Assembly: GCF_963921235.1 (NCBI RefSeq)
Contig: NC_086097.1
Location: forward strand, 141,174,001-141,238,000
From: Mobula hypostoma
Lineage: Eukaryota
Direction: 5' to 3'
DNA length: 64,000 nucleotides
This document shows, piece by piece, positions 49,279 to 62,956 of this stretch. The number at the start of each line of letters is the position of its first letter. Within the stretch, counting starts at the first letter, position 1. Below the pieces are notes generated by a model. It made no database searches and was not told the origin of the DNA. It worked only from the letters and a program-made list of their open reading frames with translations. The position numbers were made by a program, and so were the translations under genes.

Positions 49279-52200
49279 CTTCCTCAGCGTAGAGGTCACA
49301 CAAATCTTTTCCGTCTCAGCAAATTCACAGATTACGCCATAAATGCCGTCACTTTTCTTCGGATAAAGAACTCTGTCCATTTCCACGAAAGTTACCCGAT
49401 CAGCCTTAGCGAAAGTCTATTAATTTACACCCGTCGCTCGGGAACAGTGAATTGAGAGAATATTTCCGCAGGGTAAGAGAACCCAAACTAGAGATGATAG
49501 ATTTAAAGTGAGCGGGGAAAGATCTGTAAGAGAACTGTGTGGTAGGTTCTGCAGGGAAAGGGCGGTGGACACAGGCAACAAGCTGCCAGTGGAAGAGTTA
49601 GAGGCAGGAACCATCGAGAGATTTAAAAGTAATTTGGTCATCTACATGGATAAGAAAGGTTCAGATAAATACGGGTTAAATGCAGGTGCTCAGTAAGGAC
49701 GAGTTAGGCTGAAGGGCCTGATTCTGTGCTGTAGATCTCAATGGCTCTTAGAATTGTTTTAAATCACTACACCGTCACCAGTCAGACTCCTTTATTCCGT
49801 GGTAAACAGTCCCAATATATCGGATCTCTATAACTAAAATCCTCCAACCCCAGAAACATACTTGTGAATCTTTTCTGCGTCCTCTCTAGTTCAATCACAC
49901 ACAAATAATTAAGCAATAATTACTGAGGAAATGAGGTGAATATCCTTGAAAGTGAGCCCATATATTGTGGGAACATTTCAGTGATGTGGCAACTGAAGTT
50001 ACACAATTTGGTTGAAGAGCCTGATTGTGGAGGGGTAATACCTGTTGCTGAACCTGGTGGTGTAGTTCTGAGGCTCCTGCCCGTACTTCCTGATGGGAGC
50101 AGTGAGAGGAGAGCATGATCTGCAATGTGGGGGAGGGGTGGGGTGGGTGGTGTTTCTGATGACGGGTGTTGCTTTCCTTAAAACATCACTTCTTAAAACA
50201 TTTCCTCACTGTGGATGTAAGTGATACTGGACTTTAGTCACTGAGGCAGGTTACCATGTTCTTCTGAGACAGCAGAATAAGTAAAGTCTGATTGCAGTAG
50301 ATTTGGTACATCAGGCAAAGAGACAGGTTAAAGATCAGTGAACAGTCCAGCCAGTTGATTAACACTGGTCTTTAGTATTTCGCCAGGTATCACGTCTGGG
50401 CTGGATGATATTCCTGAAGGCTGCCAGTACATCAGTCTCAGAGACTACAATCACTCGATCGTCTGGCGCTGTGAATGTTTGTTTTGGTTCCTCCATGTTT
50501 TGAATGTTGAAGCAAGCATAGAAGGCATTGCGTTCATGTACAGAAGTCAGCCCTATTGTCACCTTTGTCACTTGATTTCACTTTATAAGGAGTGATAGCA
50601 TTCAAGCCCTGCCACAACTATTGACTATCCTTTGTTGATTCAGGTTTAGTCTGGCGAATAAGGAGGCTTTGCCCATAAGGAGGCTTTCCAGAGAATGTAC
50701 CAGAACCTCTTGTAAGTTTATTGGTCACCAGACTTGAATGCCTCTGACCTGGCCCTCAGCAAATTGCTGATTTTATGGTTCATACAAGGCTTCTGTCGGG
50801 AGAAGACTCTGAATGATTTTCTGGGGAGACACTCGTCTACAACTGTTATTCTGAAGTCCTTAATGTAGGTGCCCATTGAACCTACATGGTGCAGGTGTAT
50901 TTATTCAGTTCCATAGATGTGTCCTTGACAATGGCCCAGACCATTCGAAGGAATTCCGTATAAAAATAACCACTCCCTCGACCAACTCGTCGTTGTCCTT
51001 TTCTCTACAGATTATATCCAGTTCCTTGATTTGCCTCCCTCATTGCCTGACCTATCCCTCATACGGATATTGGCTTTTAATTTAATATTGTGCAAAGGCA
51101 CCCTGGGCCCTCTGGACATACACACCTTGCAAACTCCCATCATTCGAAAGAAAGTTACGATTAAACGGGATAGGATGACATCATACTTTCCACTATTTAT
51201 TCCCTTCAGCATCAAATATTCCTTTGGATACTGTTGTGGGGGGTGGGGGAAGAATGACCTATCAGTGCACAGCAGCAGCAGTCGGCCCAGTGGCAGTATG
51301 GCCGGCTCTATGGCTCAGCAGGGAAGGGTACAATCAGGTAGAGAGATAGTGATAGCAGACTCAGTAAATGGGACTGGACAAGAGATTTGATGGCCGTGAC
51401 AAAGACGCAGAATGGTGTGCTTATTGGTTCCTCTCCAGTTTGGGTGAAAACTGTCCTATTTGCAGAGATCCCACCTGCCCTGGAATGGAGTTCAGTGATC
51501 CAAAAACTCTGAAACCCTCTCCTATGCACCATCTGCTGAATCACATGTTTCTTTCTTTTGAAATCATTTTATTAATAATTACTGAAAATCAACAGAAATT
51601 ACATTAAATTAGTCAAATCAACATATCAATATATACAATAAGAGTTAAACTATCAAATAACTGATTAACCAAGCTAAAGAGTATACCAATAATAATAAGA
51701 AAAGACAAAATGTTAAAACTATTTCTTTTTGGGAAAGAAGAAAGAAGGAAAAAAGGAACATCTACTAGGTAAAACAGAAAAAAAATCCCTACACCCCCCC
51801 CCCAAAAAAAAAGAAAAAAAACCATTGGGAGCACAACCCGGGAGCTATACGCCATGCAAGCTTCCATAAAATAAAAACATCAATCTGCCAACCAAAACCA
51901 ATTACACAAGAATCAGATGGCGACCACCTTAATTAACTCAGATCAAATGGTCTTTGCGGGAAAAAGAACCCACCTTTTCTCAAGGTCAAATCGAGGATCA
52001 AAAGTTTGACTTCTAATTTTCTCCCAACTAAGACATAACATCACCTGAGAGAACCATTGTATCAAAGTGGGAGCAGAGGCCTCTTTCCATTTCAATAAAA
52101 TTGCCCTTCTGGCCAATAATGTGACAAATGCAATTACACGTTCGTCTGATATGGAAATACCGTGAATATATTGAGGAAATATACCGATCAAAACTGTCAA

Positions 52201-52719
52201 TTTATAAGTCATATGTTAAACTGCACAGTCTTCCTTATTTTTTACCTCACTACAATGAATAGCTTCATACAATCTCCATCTTGGAGGTCCTGTCTTTTAA
52301 CTTCGTACCTTATTTCCTGAACTCATTTTGCAAGTCCTCGTCACTTTTCCTGCTTATATCATTGGTATCAATATGTACCATGACTTATCGCTTCTCACCC
52401 TCCCCCTTCATATGGCTATGGTCAATTCAATGTATCTCTGATCCTCTGCACCTGGGAGGCAATATACCATCCAAGAGTCTTTTCTTGTCTCAGGTCGTCC
52501 TGTCTGTTTCACTGACCAGTGCCGACCAATGACCTCCATCACTACTACTGCCCGCTTCTTCCTCCCCCACCCACCTTCCTTTCTGAACCAAAGAGACATA
52601 TTGATTGCCGAGACCACTGACCACTGTGATAGGGCATCTCCCTAAAACTATATAAAATGCTACATTTGTTGAGGGGAAAGGCACAGGGGTATTCTGCACT
52701 GTCTGCCAATACCCCTTCC

Positions 52720-52910
52720 TGTCACAGTGGCGGGGGCATAGGGAGCAAGGGTGGACCCAAATGCAAGGCACATCTTGTGAGGTTAATTAAATTTAGTTCA
52801 TTGTTCGATATCAGGAGAGCTAGGCAGGAGCAGGAGTAGCGAACTGGACAAGGACTGAGGACCACGACTAGGCTGGGACCAGGAGTCTGGGCTAGGACTC
52901 GGAATCGGCT
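52720..52910 (-). mobile_element. 3' end of an LTR related to the solo LTRs, truncated
   Basis: Minus strand ends GCATTTGGGTCC...TGTGACA, like 19972 and 29517. Confidence 0.6.
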
Positions 52911-53810
52911 CCGAGAGTGAATGAAGAGCTGCAGACAATCCTGCACGTTCTTCTCTCTTCCGACTCCATGACGTAGAGCTCCAAACTCAGAAACTGCCCA
53001 CAATAAGCTGGACTAGCATGCCCTCCTGTGAATGGCAAAATGGATTCCAGCCTCTGATCTTCCCAGACTGTGATTGACATGGGAGTTCCTGCTGTTCAAC
53101 AGTTGGTACAAAGCTGCAAGCACACATGGAGATGGGCCAGGGCTTCCCTGCTGCACACCCAGAAACAATATGCCCAGCAGGGTGATCAGCTCCTCCAAGT
53201 GGTGAGGCTTCACAATACAGGGAGCAGTCCTGGCTGGTATCTAAGGATCTTCCTTTGAATGTTGGGAGCCGCAAGGTTGCCCCACGCTACCTGGGACTAT
53301 TCACAGTGGGGAAGGCTATCAATCGATCTTCCTCGAGACTGCGCCTGCGGTCATCTGTTAGGATTTACCTAGTATTCCATGTTTGCAGCTCACTCTGGTG
53401 ACTTCCTCCCACCTTGCTCCAGTTAGGCCCTCTCCCTCCTCTCATCTTGGTGGATGGGTGACTGGTCTATTCCCTGCATCATCTCCTGTCGTCTCGCCCA
53501 TTGTCGGGCAGGATCCAGCACCTAGTGGACTGGGAGAGATAGAGCCCAGAGAATATTTCTTGGGATCCAATTCGTGACTTCCTGGACAGGTCACTCATCC
53601 AGGACCTCCAGCGGGCACAGGTCTCTAGTGCCTCTGGAGCTGTGCCTTGTGGCGGGGTAGGATTGCGGGGGATTGGTGAGGGTGGTGATCTGTAAAAACC
53701 ATGGACTCTGCCGTGGAGTGGGCAGCTGAACGCGGTCATCAGCAATCACGCTCTTGAGAATGCACATTGCACCCTAATTTAACTCCCTCAGTCTTGTCGA
53801 GCCTTGACTG

Positions 53811-54681
53811 TGTTACGTAACCGGCAACAATGAATATCAATTGAGTCAGATTATATAAAAACAACCAAACATTTATTAAACACTGATAAACAATAAAAAA
53901 CAAACGAAAACCGTAACCGGAAGTTAACAGCTATGTGGCCGTTCAACAAACAGCCTCTCAGTACTGGTTCTTAAAGCGATAAATGCGAAAACAATTCTTA
54001 AAGCGTTAAAGTCAAATACAGTTCTTACGATGGTGAATTCGGAAGTCCAAGAGATTTATACATTCAATTGGGAGAGACTTCACTGGAGAAGGATTTCTTC
54101 ATAGACGCGACTTTCCTGCTGGTTCCGTCCAAAGGATTCACGATGAAGGAAATAAACGGCTTAAAAACAACTGACCTTTCTTCCGGCGAGCAAATCCTGC
54201 ATGAACTACCTTGCTCTTTTGGCAGGAGTTATCTGTGATGCAAGTCGCTACTTCTTCAACGAAGACTCAGTAAAGTCGATCCTTTGTTAACTGACGAACG
54301 ATACCAACTTCTCTTAATCCTTCAGGTCCTGCACTTCCATAGCGTTTTCACTCTCCAATACTACTTAAAGGGTACATCAATAAATCTGGCAGAAATGGGT
54401 AAACTGCCAGTCCAGCACTATTGTACCTTACAATAGAACGTAAAACCTTCGTTTTAAAAATGAAACTGCGTCATAAAACAGATACGCAACGGAACGGAGA
54501 CTCTGACCAGCGCTCTAGCTGGAAAACTAACTGCATCACCAGGCGTCCTCCCTTTTATACCCGTGGTGAACATGTCATCACGTGACCTCACATCGGCGGC
54601 AAAATTACATCAGGTGACCTCCAAAAGACCATGACATCATTCTCACAAGCAAGTCACAAGATCTCCATGAGGTACGTAACA
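53811..54681 (-). mobile_element. Solo LTR-like insertion (871 bp) with 9-bp terminal inverted repeats and 4-bp TSD
   Basis: TGTTACGTA...TACGTAACA; ACTG at 53807-53810 and 54682-54685; minus-strand TATAAAA (54553-54559) and AATAAA (53872-53877); empty site TTGACTGAAGCA in paralogs. Confidence 0.85.
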
Positions 54682-57600
54682 ACTGAAGCACAACGACGGC
54701 GACACTCCCCTGCTTACCTTAGCCCACTTTCCAAGATAGAAGACTCCAATTTAGATTAACGCCTTAAAGGAGTGGTACTAACTTACTATTAAGTTACTGC
54801 TTCTGAAGCTCAGTGTCAGCGTTAGATTTTCAGTTTCAATTTTAGTTTGTAGCCCTATTGGCTTCACATTTATTATTTTCCTTTTATTTTGTACCGTTCT
54901 TATTAAATTTCGGTTTACCCAGAGTCAGTGTTGAGAACTGTTATTAATTATTATGTAAATGATTTGGATGTGACTGCATACAGCACGATGTTCACTATAC
55001 CCTCAATCTTGGTATCATCCAGAAATTTGCTGATCCAGTTTAACATATTGTCATTTAAATCATTCATATAAGTGACCAACAACAATGGATCAAGCACCGA
55101 TTCCTGCAGCACAGCACTAGTCACAGGCCTCCAGGCAGAGAGTCAAACACTAACCAGCATTCTCTGGCTTCTTCCGCTAAACCAACTTTGAACCTAACTG
55201 ACAACCTCATCCTGAATACCAGGCGACTTAATCTTCTTGACGAGTCTGTCATGTAGTAATTTATCAAAGGCTTTTCTGAAGACCATTGTGTTTCCTTCAT
55301 CAAATTTCTTGGTAACCTCCTTAAAAAAATCTCTATAAATTGTGTTTGTAGTTATACATGACTTATCATGCATTAAGCCATATTGCTTATCACTTTTCAG
55401 GCCCTGTCTATCGAAACAGTGGTACATGTACATCCTATCCATGAAAAAAAACTTCCGAAAAGTTACCCACGACTAATGTCAGTTTCACCAGGTTATAATT
55501 TCCTGTTCATTCTTAGAAACATTCTGAAACGTTAGCGACCCTCCAGTCCTCCAGTACCTCACACATGGGTAAGGATGTTTTAAATATTATTGCCTTGGCC
55601 CCTGTAATTTCTGCACTAGCGTCCCACAAGTTTGGAGGGGACACCTCGTCAGGACTTTGGGACTTATTCACCCTAAATTCTTCTCAAGACAGCAAGCACT
55701 TCCTCCTCTGTAATCAGAACATGGTCCATGACCTCTAGTGTTTTGCCAGATTCTATAGTATCTGTATTAGTCACCTGAGTAAATGCAAACACAAAAATAA
55801 ACCATTTAATATTTTTCCGCATCCCATTTATCTTCATGCATATATGACCAACTTGATTTTCAAGGGGACCAATTTTGTCCCTTGCTATCCTCTTGCTCCC
55901 AGTACCTATAGAACCCTGGTTTACCTTGTCTGCTAGAGCAACCACTTATCCCTTTTCAGCCATCCTGATCTTTCGCTTGTGATCTCTTGTATGTCTTAAA
56001 TTCCTCAAGTGCCCTATTTAACACCAGCTGCCAATACCTGATATGAGCTTCCTTTTTGTTTACCAGGTCATCAATATCCAATGATAAATAAGGTTCCCTC
56101 AACCTGCCAACCTTGCTTTTTATCCTATAGAAATATACATATTGTGTACTCTCAATACTCAATTCTGCTGAAGACCACCCACCTGCCAGTGTATCTCTGT
56201 TAGAAAACAGCCTATCCCTATCCACACCTGGCAGGTTGCATCTGATGCCATCAAAATTGCTCTTCCTCCAGTTTATAAACTTAATTTGAAAGCAAATGCT
56301 ATCCAATCCCCCTAATTGTTTTGAAGTCGAAGGAACTATGATCATTATTTCCAAAATGTTTCCCTATTTTCACTTCTCTTACCTGCCCTGTCTCATTACC
56401 AAAAAAGAGATCTAATATTGCGCTCTCTTTAGTTCAGAATTCTGCATATTGATAATGAAACTTTCTTGAACACACTTGACAAACTCCATCTCATCCAGTT
56501 CTTTTTCAGTATGGGAGTCCCAATCAATACGAAGAAAGTTAAAATCACCCGCTATCTCAACCTAAACACTAGAGATTCTGCAGATGCTGGAAATCCGGAG
56601 TAACACATAATAAATCCTTAGGGAGCTCATGAGGTCAGGTTTTCCCATAACATGTAATAAATCGTCAACGCTTCAGGCCAAGACCCTTCATCAGGACCCT
56701 TCATGAGACCTGATGAAGGGTCTCAGCCAAAACCATTGACTGTTTATTCCTTCTGCAATTGTGGCCTTCCCTGCTGAGTTACTCTTGCATCCTGTATGTG
56801 TTATTGTAACAAATTTATATTTCTTGCAACCGTCTTCTATCACCGTAGGAATTTGTTTATCCAAATCCTGCTGACTATTAGAAACTCTACAAAGTCCCAT
56901 TAACATGATCATCCATTTTTTATTCTACAGATTCATGAAAATTGCCTTGGCACATGAGCCTCCTGTATGTCATCTGAGCATTGGTATGACATTATCTCTG
57001 ATGAGTAATTTGAGTACTCCCTCCCACTCTAATACCTTCTTCTCTGACACGTCTAAATCAGCAGAATGCCAGAACATTGTGCTCTCAGTCTTCACCTTCC
57101 TGTAACCGTGTCTCAATAATGATTTCAACATCGTAAGTCCACACATGGATTCATGCTCTATGTGCATCAGCCTTACCTACAACCGTCCTTGTCTTGCAAT
57201 AGATGCCACTCGGAACATATATCCACCCTGCTCAATCTTGCAGTTTCCATCTCTGCTTAAAAACGATAAATGCCGCAGATGCCGGAAATCCAATGCAACA
57301 TTCACAAAATATTTGCTCGTAGTCATGACATCTCTTTTTTTCCACAACCACTTCATTGCTGTCCTTCCACTCTGAATACCATCCCTGTTACACATTAGTT
57401 TGAACACTTCTGAGCAGGATTAGCAAACCTGCCTGTAAGGATATTGGTTCCTCTGCAGTTTGGGTGAAAACTGTCCTATTTGCAGAGATCCCACCAGCCC
57501 TGGAATGGAGTTCAGTGATCCAAAAACTCTGAAACCCTCTCCCACGAACCACCTGCTTAGTCACAAGTTTCTTTCTTTTTATATCCTTTTATTAAATATT

Positions 57601-60486
57601 TTTGAAAATAATCAAAAAATACATTAGTCAATTCAACATATCAATATATACAATAACAGTTAAACTATCAAATAACTGATTAACCAAGCTAAACAGTATA
57701 GCAATAGTAATAAGAAAAGTGAAAATGTTAAAACTATTATTTTTGGAAAAAAGAAAGAAAGAAAAAATAACTCCTACCAACTAAAATAGAAAAAAAACAC
57801 TACGAACCAAAACAAAACGAGAAAAACCCCATTGGGAGCACAACCCCGGATCTATAGGCCATGCAAGCTTCCATAAAAGAGAAACATCGATCCGCCGACC
57901 AAAACCAATTACACAAGAATCAGAAGCGGACCACCTTAATTCACTCAGATGAAATGGTAGTGCGGGCAAAAGAACCCCATCTTTCTCAAAGTCAAGTCGA
58001 GGATCAAAAGTTCGATTTCTAATTTTCTCCAAACTAAGACATAACATCGCCTGAGAGAACCATTGTTCAAAGTGGGAGCAGAGGCATCTTTCCATTTTAA
58101 TAAAATAGCCCATCTGGCCAATAATGTGACAACTAAAATTACATGTTGGTCTGATATAGAAGTACCGTGAATATATTGAGGAATTATACCGAACTAGACT
58201 GTCAATTTATAAGTCACATGTTAAACTGCACAGTCATCCTTATTTTTTACCTCACTACAATGGATAGCTTCGTGCGATCTCCATCTTGGAGGTCCTGTCT
58301 TTTAACTTAGTACCTTATTCCCTGAACTCATTTTGCAAGTCATCGTCACTTTCCCTGCTTATATCATTGGTATCAATATGTACCATGACTTATCGCTTCT
58401 CACCCTCCCCCTTAAGATGGCTATGGACTCAATTCAAGATATCTCTGATCCTCTATACCCGGGAAGCAATATAACATCCAAGAGTTTTTTCTTGTCTCAG
58501 GTCCTCCTGTCTGTTTCAGTAGCCAGTGCTAACCAATGACCTCCATCACTATGACTAGCCTCTTCTTCCTCCCCCACCCACCTTCCTTTCTGAACCAAAG
58601 AGACACACTGAGTGCCAAGACCACTATCTCTCTGTAACTCCTATGAATCCCTCAATTTTCTGAATGATCGGAACGTCATCTAGCACCAGCTCCAATTCCC
58701 TAATATGGTTTGTAAATGTGGATGCACTTATCACAGGTATAGACATCTCCCTAACTTCCACGTCATGCAAGAGAAGCACAACACTGCTCTAGCTTCTAAT
58801 CCCACTGATCTATCTGTATAACAATAAAGAAAGAAGTTAGAAGAACTTGTAGAAATTTATAAAATCATGAGGGGTATGGAAGGGTCATAGCCTTTTCCCC
58901 AGGATGGGAGAGAGAAAAAACTAGAAGACACTGATACAAGATAATAGAGAAGAGATTTAAAAGAGACCTAAAAGGTAATTTCTTTCTGCAAAGGTTAGTG
59001 AGCTGCATGAAGAAGCGGTTGAGATGGTGCATTTGTAATATTTAAGATGTATTTGCATAGGTAAACCGAAGGAAATGGCTTGAAGGACTATGACTCAAAT
59101 GCAGCAGCTGGAACTAGCAGGGAGGATGCTGTGGTCAGCATGGACGATTGGGACCGAAGGGCCTTTATCCAGGCTCTGTTCCTCAATGATTCTATGAAGT
59201 AAAAACATAATGGACTACTCATATGGACAGATGGCATCTGTGTAAAAAGAAACAGAGTTAAGGGAGGTCAAAGATAGCATAAAAGCAAAATAGAGGGCAG
59301 GAAGTCTGCAAAAGATCTAGGACGGATTCGGAGAATGGACAAAAAAGTGGCAGATGGAACACAGTGTAGGGAAGTGTATGGCCATGCACTTTGGTAGAAG
59401 GAATAAAGGCATAAAATATTCACTGAAGAGAGGGAGAAAGCAGAAACCGAATGTGCATGAAGACTTGAGAGTTCTGGTGCAAGATTCCCAAAAGGCTAAT
59501 TTGCTGTTTGAGTCAGTAGTGGAGAGGGCAAATCCCATGACAGCAATCATTTCGAGGGGTCTAGAATATAATCAGAATAAAAATGGGAAGAGGATTAATA
59601 TCACTGACATAGGTCGTGGAACTTGTTATTTTGCAGCTGCAGTACAGTGCAATATATAATAAAAACTATAAATTACAATAAGATATTTATTAAATTAAAT
59701 AAGTAGAGAAGAAGAGAACCAAGTAAGACAAAAATATTGATGAATTACATGTGGTTTCATTGTCTATTCAGAAATCTAATAAATAAAAAACTGTAATGCT
59801 GATTCTTTATAAGAGATTGGTAGACTACTTTGCTGTATTTTCAGTGATTTTTGGCCTCCATATCCGAGAAAGAATGTCCTTGCATTAGAGAGGGTCCAGA
59901 GGAGGTTTAAGAGAATGGTTCCAGGAATGAAAGGGTTATCACATAAGGAACGTTTGATGCTACTAGGACTGTTCTCGCTGGAGCCTAGAAGACGAAGGGA
60001 TATCTCTGTGAAACCTACTGAATATGTAAAGTCCTGGACGATGAGAGGATTTTTCCAGTAGTGGACGAGTCCAGGACCAAAGGGCACAGACACATAATAG
60101 AACATCATTTCAGAACAGAAACGAGGAGGAACTTCTGAGAATCTGTGAAATTCGTTGCCGCAAACGGCCATGGAGGCCAAGTTATTGGATGTATTCAAGC
60201 CTAGGCTGATAGGTACTTGATTAGTCATGGTGCCAAAGGGTATCCGGAGAAGACAACGAAACAGGTCTGAAAGGGAAAAGGAAGCAGATATGATTAAATG
60301 GCCGACCTGACTCACTCGATCGAATGGCCTAATCCTGCTCCTGTGTCTTACCGTCTAACGGCTGGGAGAGCGATTGCAGTCGGAGCATGTACACAGGAAA
60401 TTTCTGAATTGATTAACCTAACCTGCTAAAGGAGTTGTCGGAAGGAGAAATTGTTAACGAATGAGTTGATTTACGGAGAAAGACTT

Positions 60487-61155
60487 AACCATAGAACCGT
60501 AGAACCATAGAAACTACAGCACAGAAACAGGCCTCTTGGCCCTTCTTGGCTGTGCCGAACCATTTTCTACCTAGTTCCACTGACCTGCACACGGACCATA
60601 TCCCTCCATACACCTCCCATCCATGTATCTGTCCAATTTATTCTTAAATGTTAAAAAAGAACCCGCATTTACCACCTCGTCTAGCAGCTCATTCCGTACT
60701 CCCACCACTCTCTGTGTGAAGAAGCCCCCCCAATGTTCCCTTTAAACTTCCCCCCCACCCCTAACCCATGTCCTCTGGTTTTTTTCTCCCCTTGCCTCAG
60801 TAGAAAAATCCTGCTTGCATTCACTGTATCAATACCCGTCATAATTTTATATACCTCTATCAAATCTCCCCTCATTCATCTACGCTCCAGGGAATAAAGT
60901 CCTAACCTATTCAACCTTTCTCTGTAACTGAGTTTCTCAAGTCCTGGCAACATCCTTGTAAACCTTCTCTGCACTCTTTCAACCTTATTTATATCCTTCC
61001 TGTAATTTGGTGACCAAAACTGAACACAATACTCCAGATTCGGCCTCACCAATGCCTTATACAACCTCATCATAACATTCCAGCTCTTATACTCAATACT
61101 TCGATTAATAAAGGCCAATGTACCAAAAGCTCTCTTTACGACCCTATCTACCTGT
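60487..61155 (-). mobile_element. 5'-truncated CR1-like LINE 3' end
   Basis: ORFs 60876-61118 (LYKALVRPNLEYCVQFWSP) and 60681-60875; (ATAGAAC)-type tail; GACTT at both sides (60482-60486, 61156-61160). Confidence 0.85.
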
Positions 61156-62414
61156 GACTTGGTTGGTTATGGCACTTGAACGTTTACAGCGACAGGAAAG
61201 AGGGTCCCTCGATAAAGGACGTACACTGCCCAGGCACCGCGGTAGCGTATCGATTGGTGCGACGCTATTACAGCTCCAGGTTGTGAATTGTTCCGTGATT
61301 TGGTTAGGGGTAATAGATTTCTCGGGGTGATTGGACCTACTTCGTGCTGTATCGCTAAATGAAAAAATTAGATATCGTCCTTTCAAATTTCACAGCGGAA
61401 GCCAATGTAAGCTAATATTTACTGACATGTTCTGCCCATTTGGAATAATTAAAACCACGTTAATAGGGAAAGATGAACAAATTCACAGACATGGTGCAGA
61501 TGGCATTCGGTTCATCAAACATCCCACCCAACGGAACGTACACGGAATACGGTCGCGGCGACGGGGGCGGATGCGAGACAGGTCCAGGGTCGGTACTTTA
61601 AGAGCGCGTGTGGGGAGGATATCGCTCTCCTTGCTGTGTCACAGAATCCGTAGACAAAAGATTAGAGAAGGTGAAGGCCAAGATGGAGAAACCGCGGGTG
61701 TCTGTGAGAATTATCTCCATCTACTCCTGACGTGTGAAGTCGCCGGGCAAAATCCCAACCCACCTCCCCCGTCCGCCGCTCTGAAACCACTTGCTCCAAC
61801 TGTGGTGTTCGCCGGGAAATTTCGGGAACGTCACAAAGCAGCGATAAAGGGAGGATAAATATTTTAAATATGTTGACGTATAACTGAAAAGACGAACGGT
61901 CCGGATCGGTTTGTGTAATGCTATTATAGAGCCAGCGACCCAGGTTAAATTCCATCGTTGTCCTGAGAGGAACTTATACGTTCTTCCTGTGACCGCGTGG
62001 GTTTCCTCCGGCTGCTTCGGTTTCCTCCCACGTTCAAAAGACGTAAGGATTAGTAGGCGCCCAGAGCAACGGGCACAAAATGCTGAAGGAACTCTCAGGC
62101 CAAGCAGCATTTAGGGAAACAGTAAATAGTCGTCGTTTCGGGCCGAAACCCTTTTCCAGGACTGGAAAGGAAGGGGAAATCCTTCAGCATCTGCAAAACT
62201 TCTCCTGTTTGCGGGTTACTAGGTTAATTGATCACATTGATGGAATTGGATGGCCCGGGCTTGTTGGCCCCGAAAGGCCTGGTATCATGTTGGATTTATT
62301 CACGTTAAGCGGAGCAAGTTCGAACCCCGAAAAATATCGTCAAATGAACTGCTGTGCGATTCAAACAAAAACTCATTTTATGCAGAGGAAATAATAGTGT
62401 TGTGTTCAACTGGG

Positions 62415-62532
62415 GTTGGAAGGCGTGGTCTGTGACATTGAGAGAAAGTGGGACGTGAAGCGTGCTGTTATTTATAACTAGCCAGGCCACCTCTAAATCC
62501 GTGTCAAATACAGTCACAACTCGACAAACACC
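62415..62532 (+). promoter_or_regulatory. V4 promoter
   Basis: TATTTATA at 62469-62476; slightly more diverged upstream motifs. Confidence 0.7.
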
Positions 62533-62956
62533 ATGCGGCTGGGCTGCGTGGCTTTTATGATACTATTCCTCCGTTAGTTGATTGATTTTCATCCGTTTAC
62601 TCTCTGTTTGTTTCAAACTTTGAAACACGTTATGACTTTGATTTCTGTTTCCACAGGCAGATGTCTCGGTGATGAATTGATACAGTCTCCGATGTCCATC
62701 ACCAGAAATGTGGGCAAAACTGCCATCATGATCTGCGGTCTGGGCAAAGCGAACACGGAGAATATCTATTGGTACCGGCAGCCAGATGGGCAACGCCCAG
62801 TCCTGATCCTCTATTTCAATAATGAAGGCAACGTACGCGAGGATGGAATTGATGACAGATTTAAAGCGACAAAAGATGGAGCAAAGCAGAATCGTCTAAT
62901 TGTGGCCCGTCCCGAGAAAGAGGATTCCGGCACCTATTACTGTGCCTATTGGGACC
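62533..62956 (+). CDS. TRGV: TCR gamma-type V segment 4 (leader 62533-62572, intron 62573-62656, V exon 62657-62956)
   Basis: Leader MRLGCVAFMILFL; V domain DELIQSP...C...IYWYRQ...YYCAYWD, no stops. Confidence 0.88.

Larger units (their letters stand above)
42490..50622 (+). repeat. Segmental-duplication unit 3 (contains V3), shortened
   Basis: Collinear with about 6490-18180 minus the R2-like and Penelope insertions; further deletion near 43985. Confidence 0.85.
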
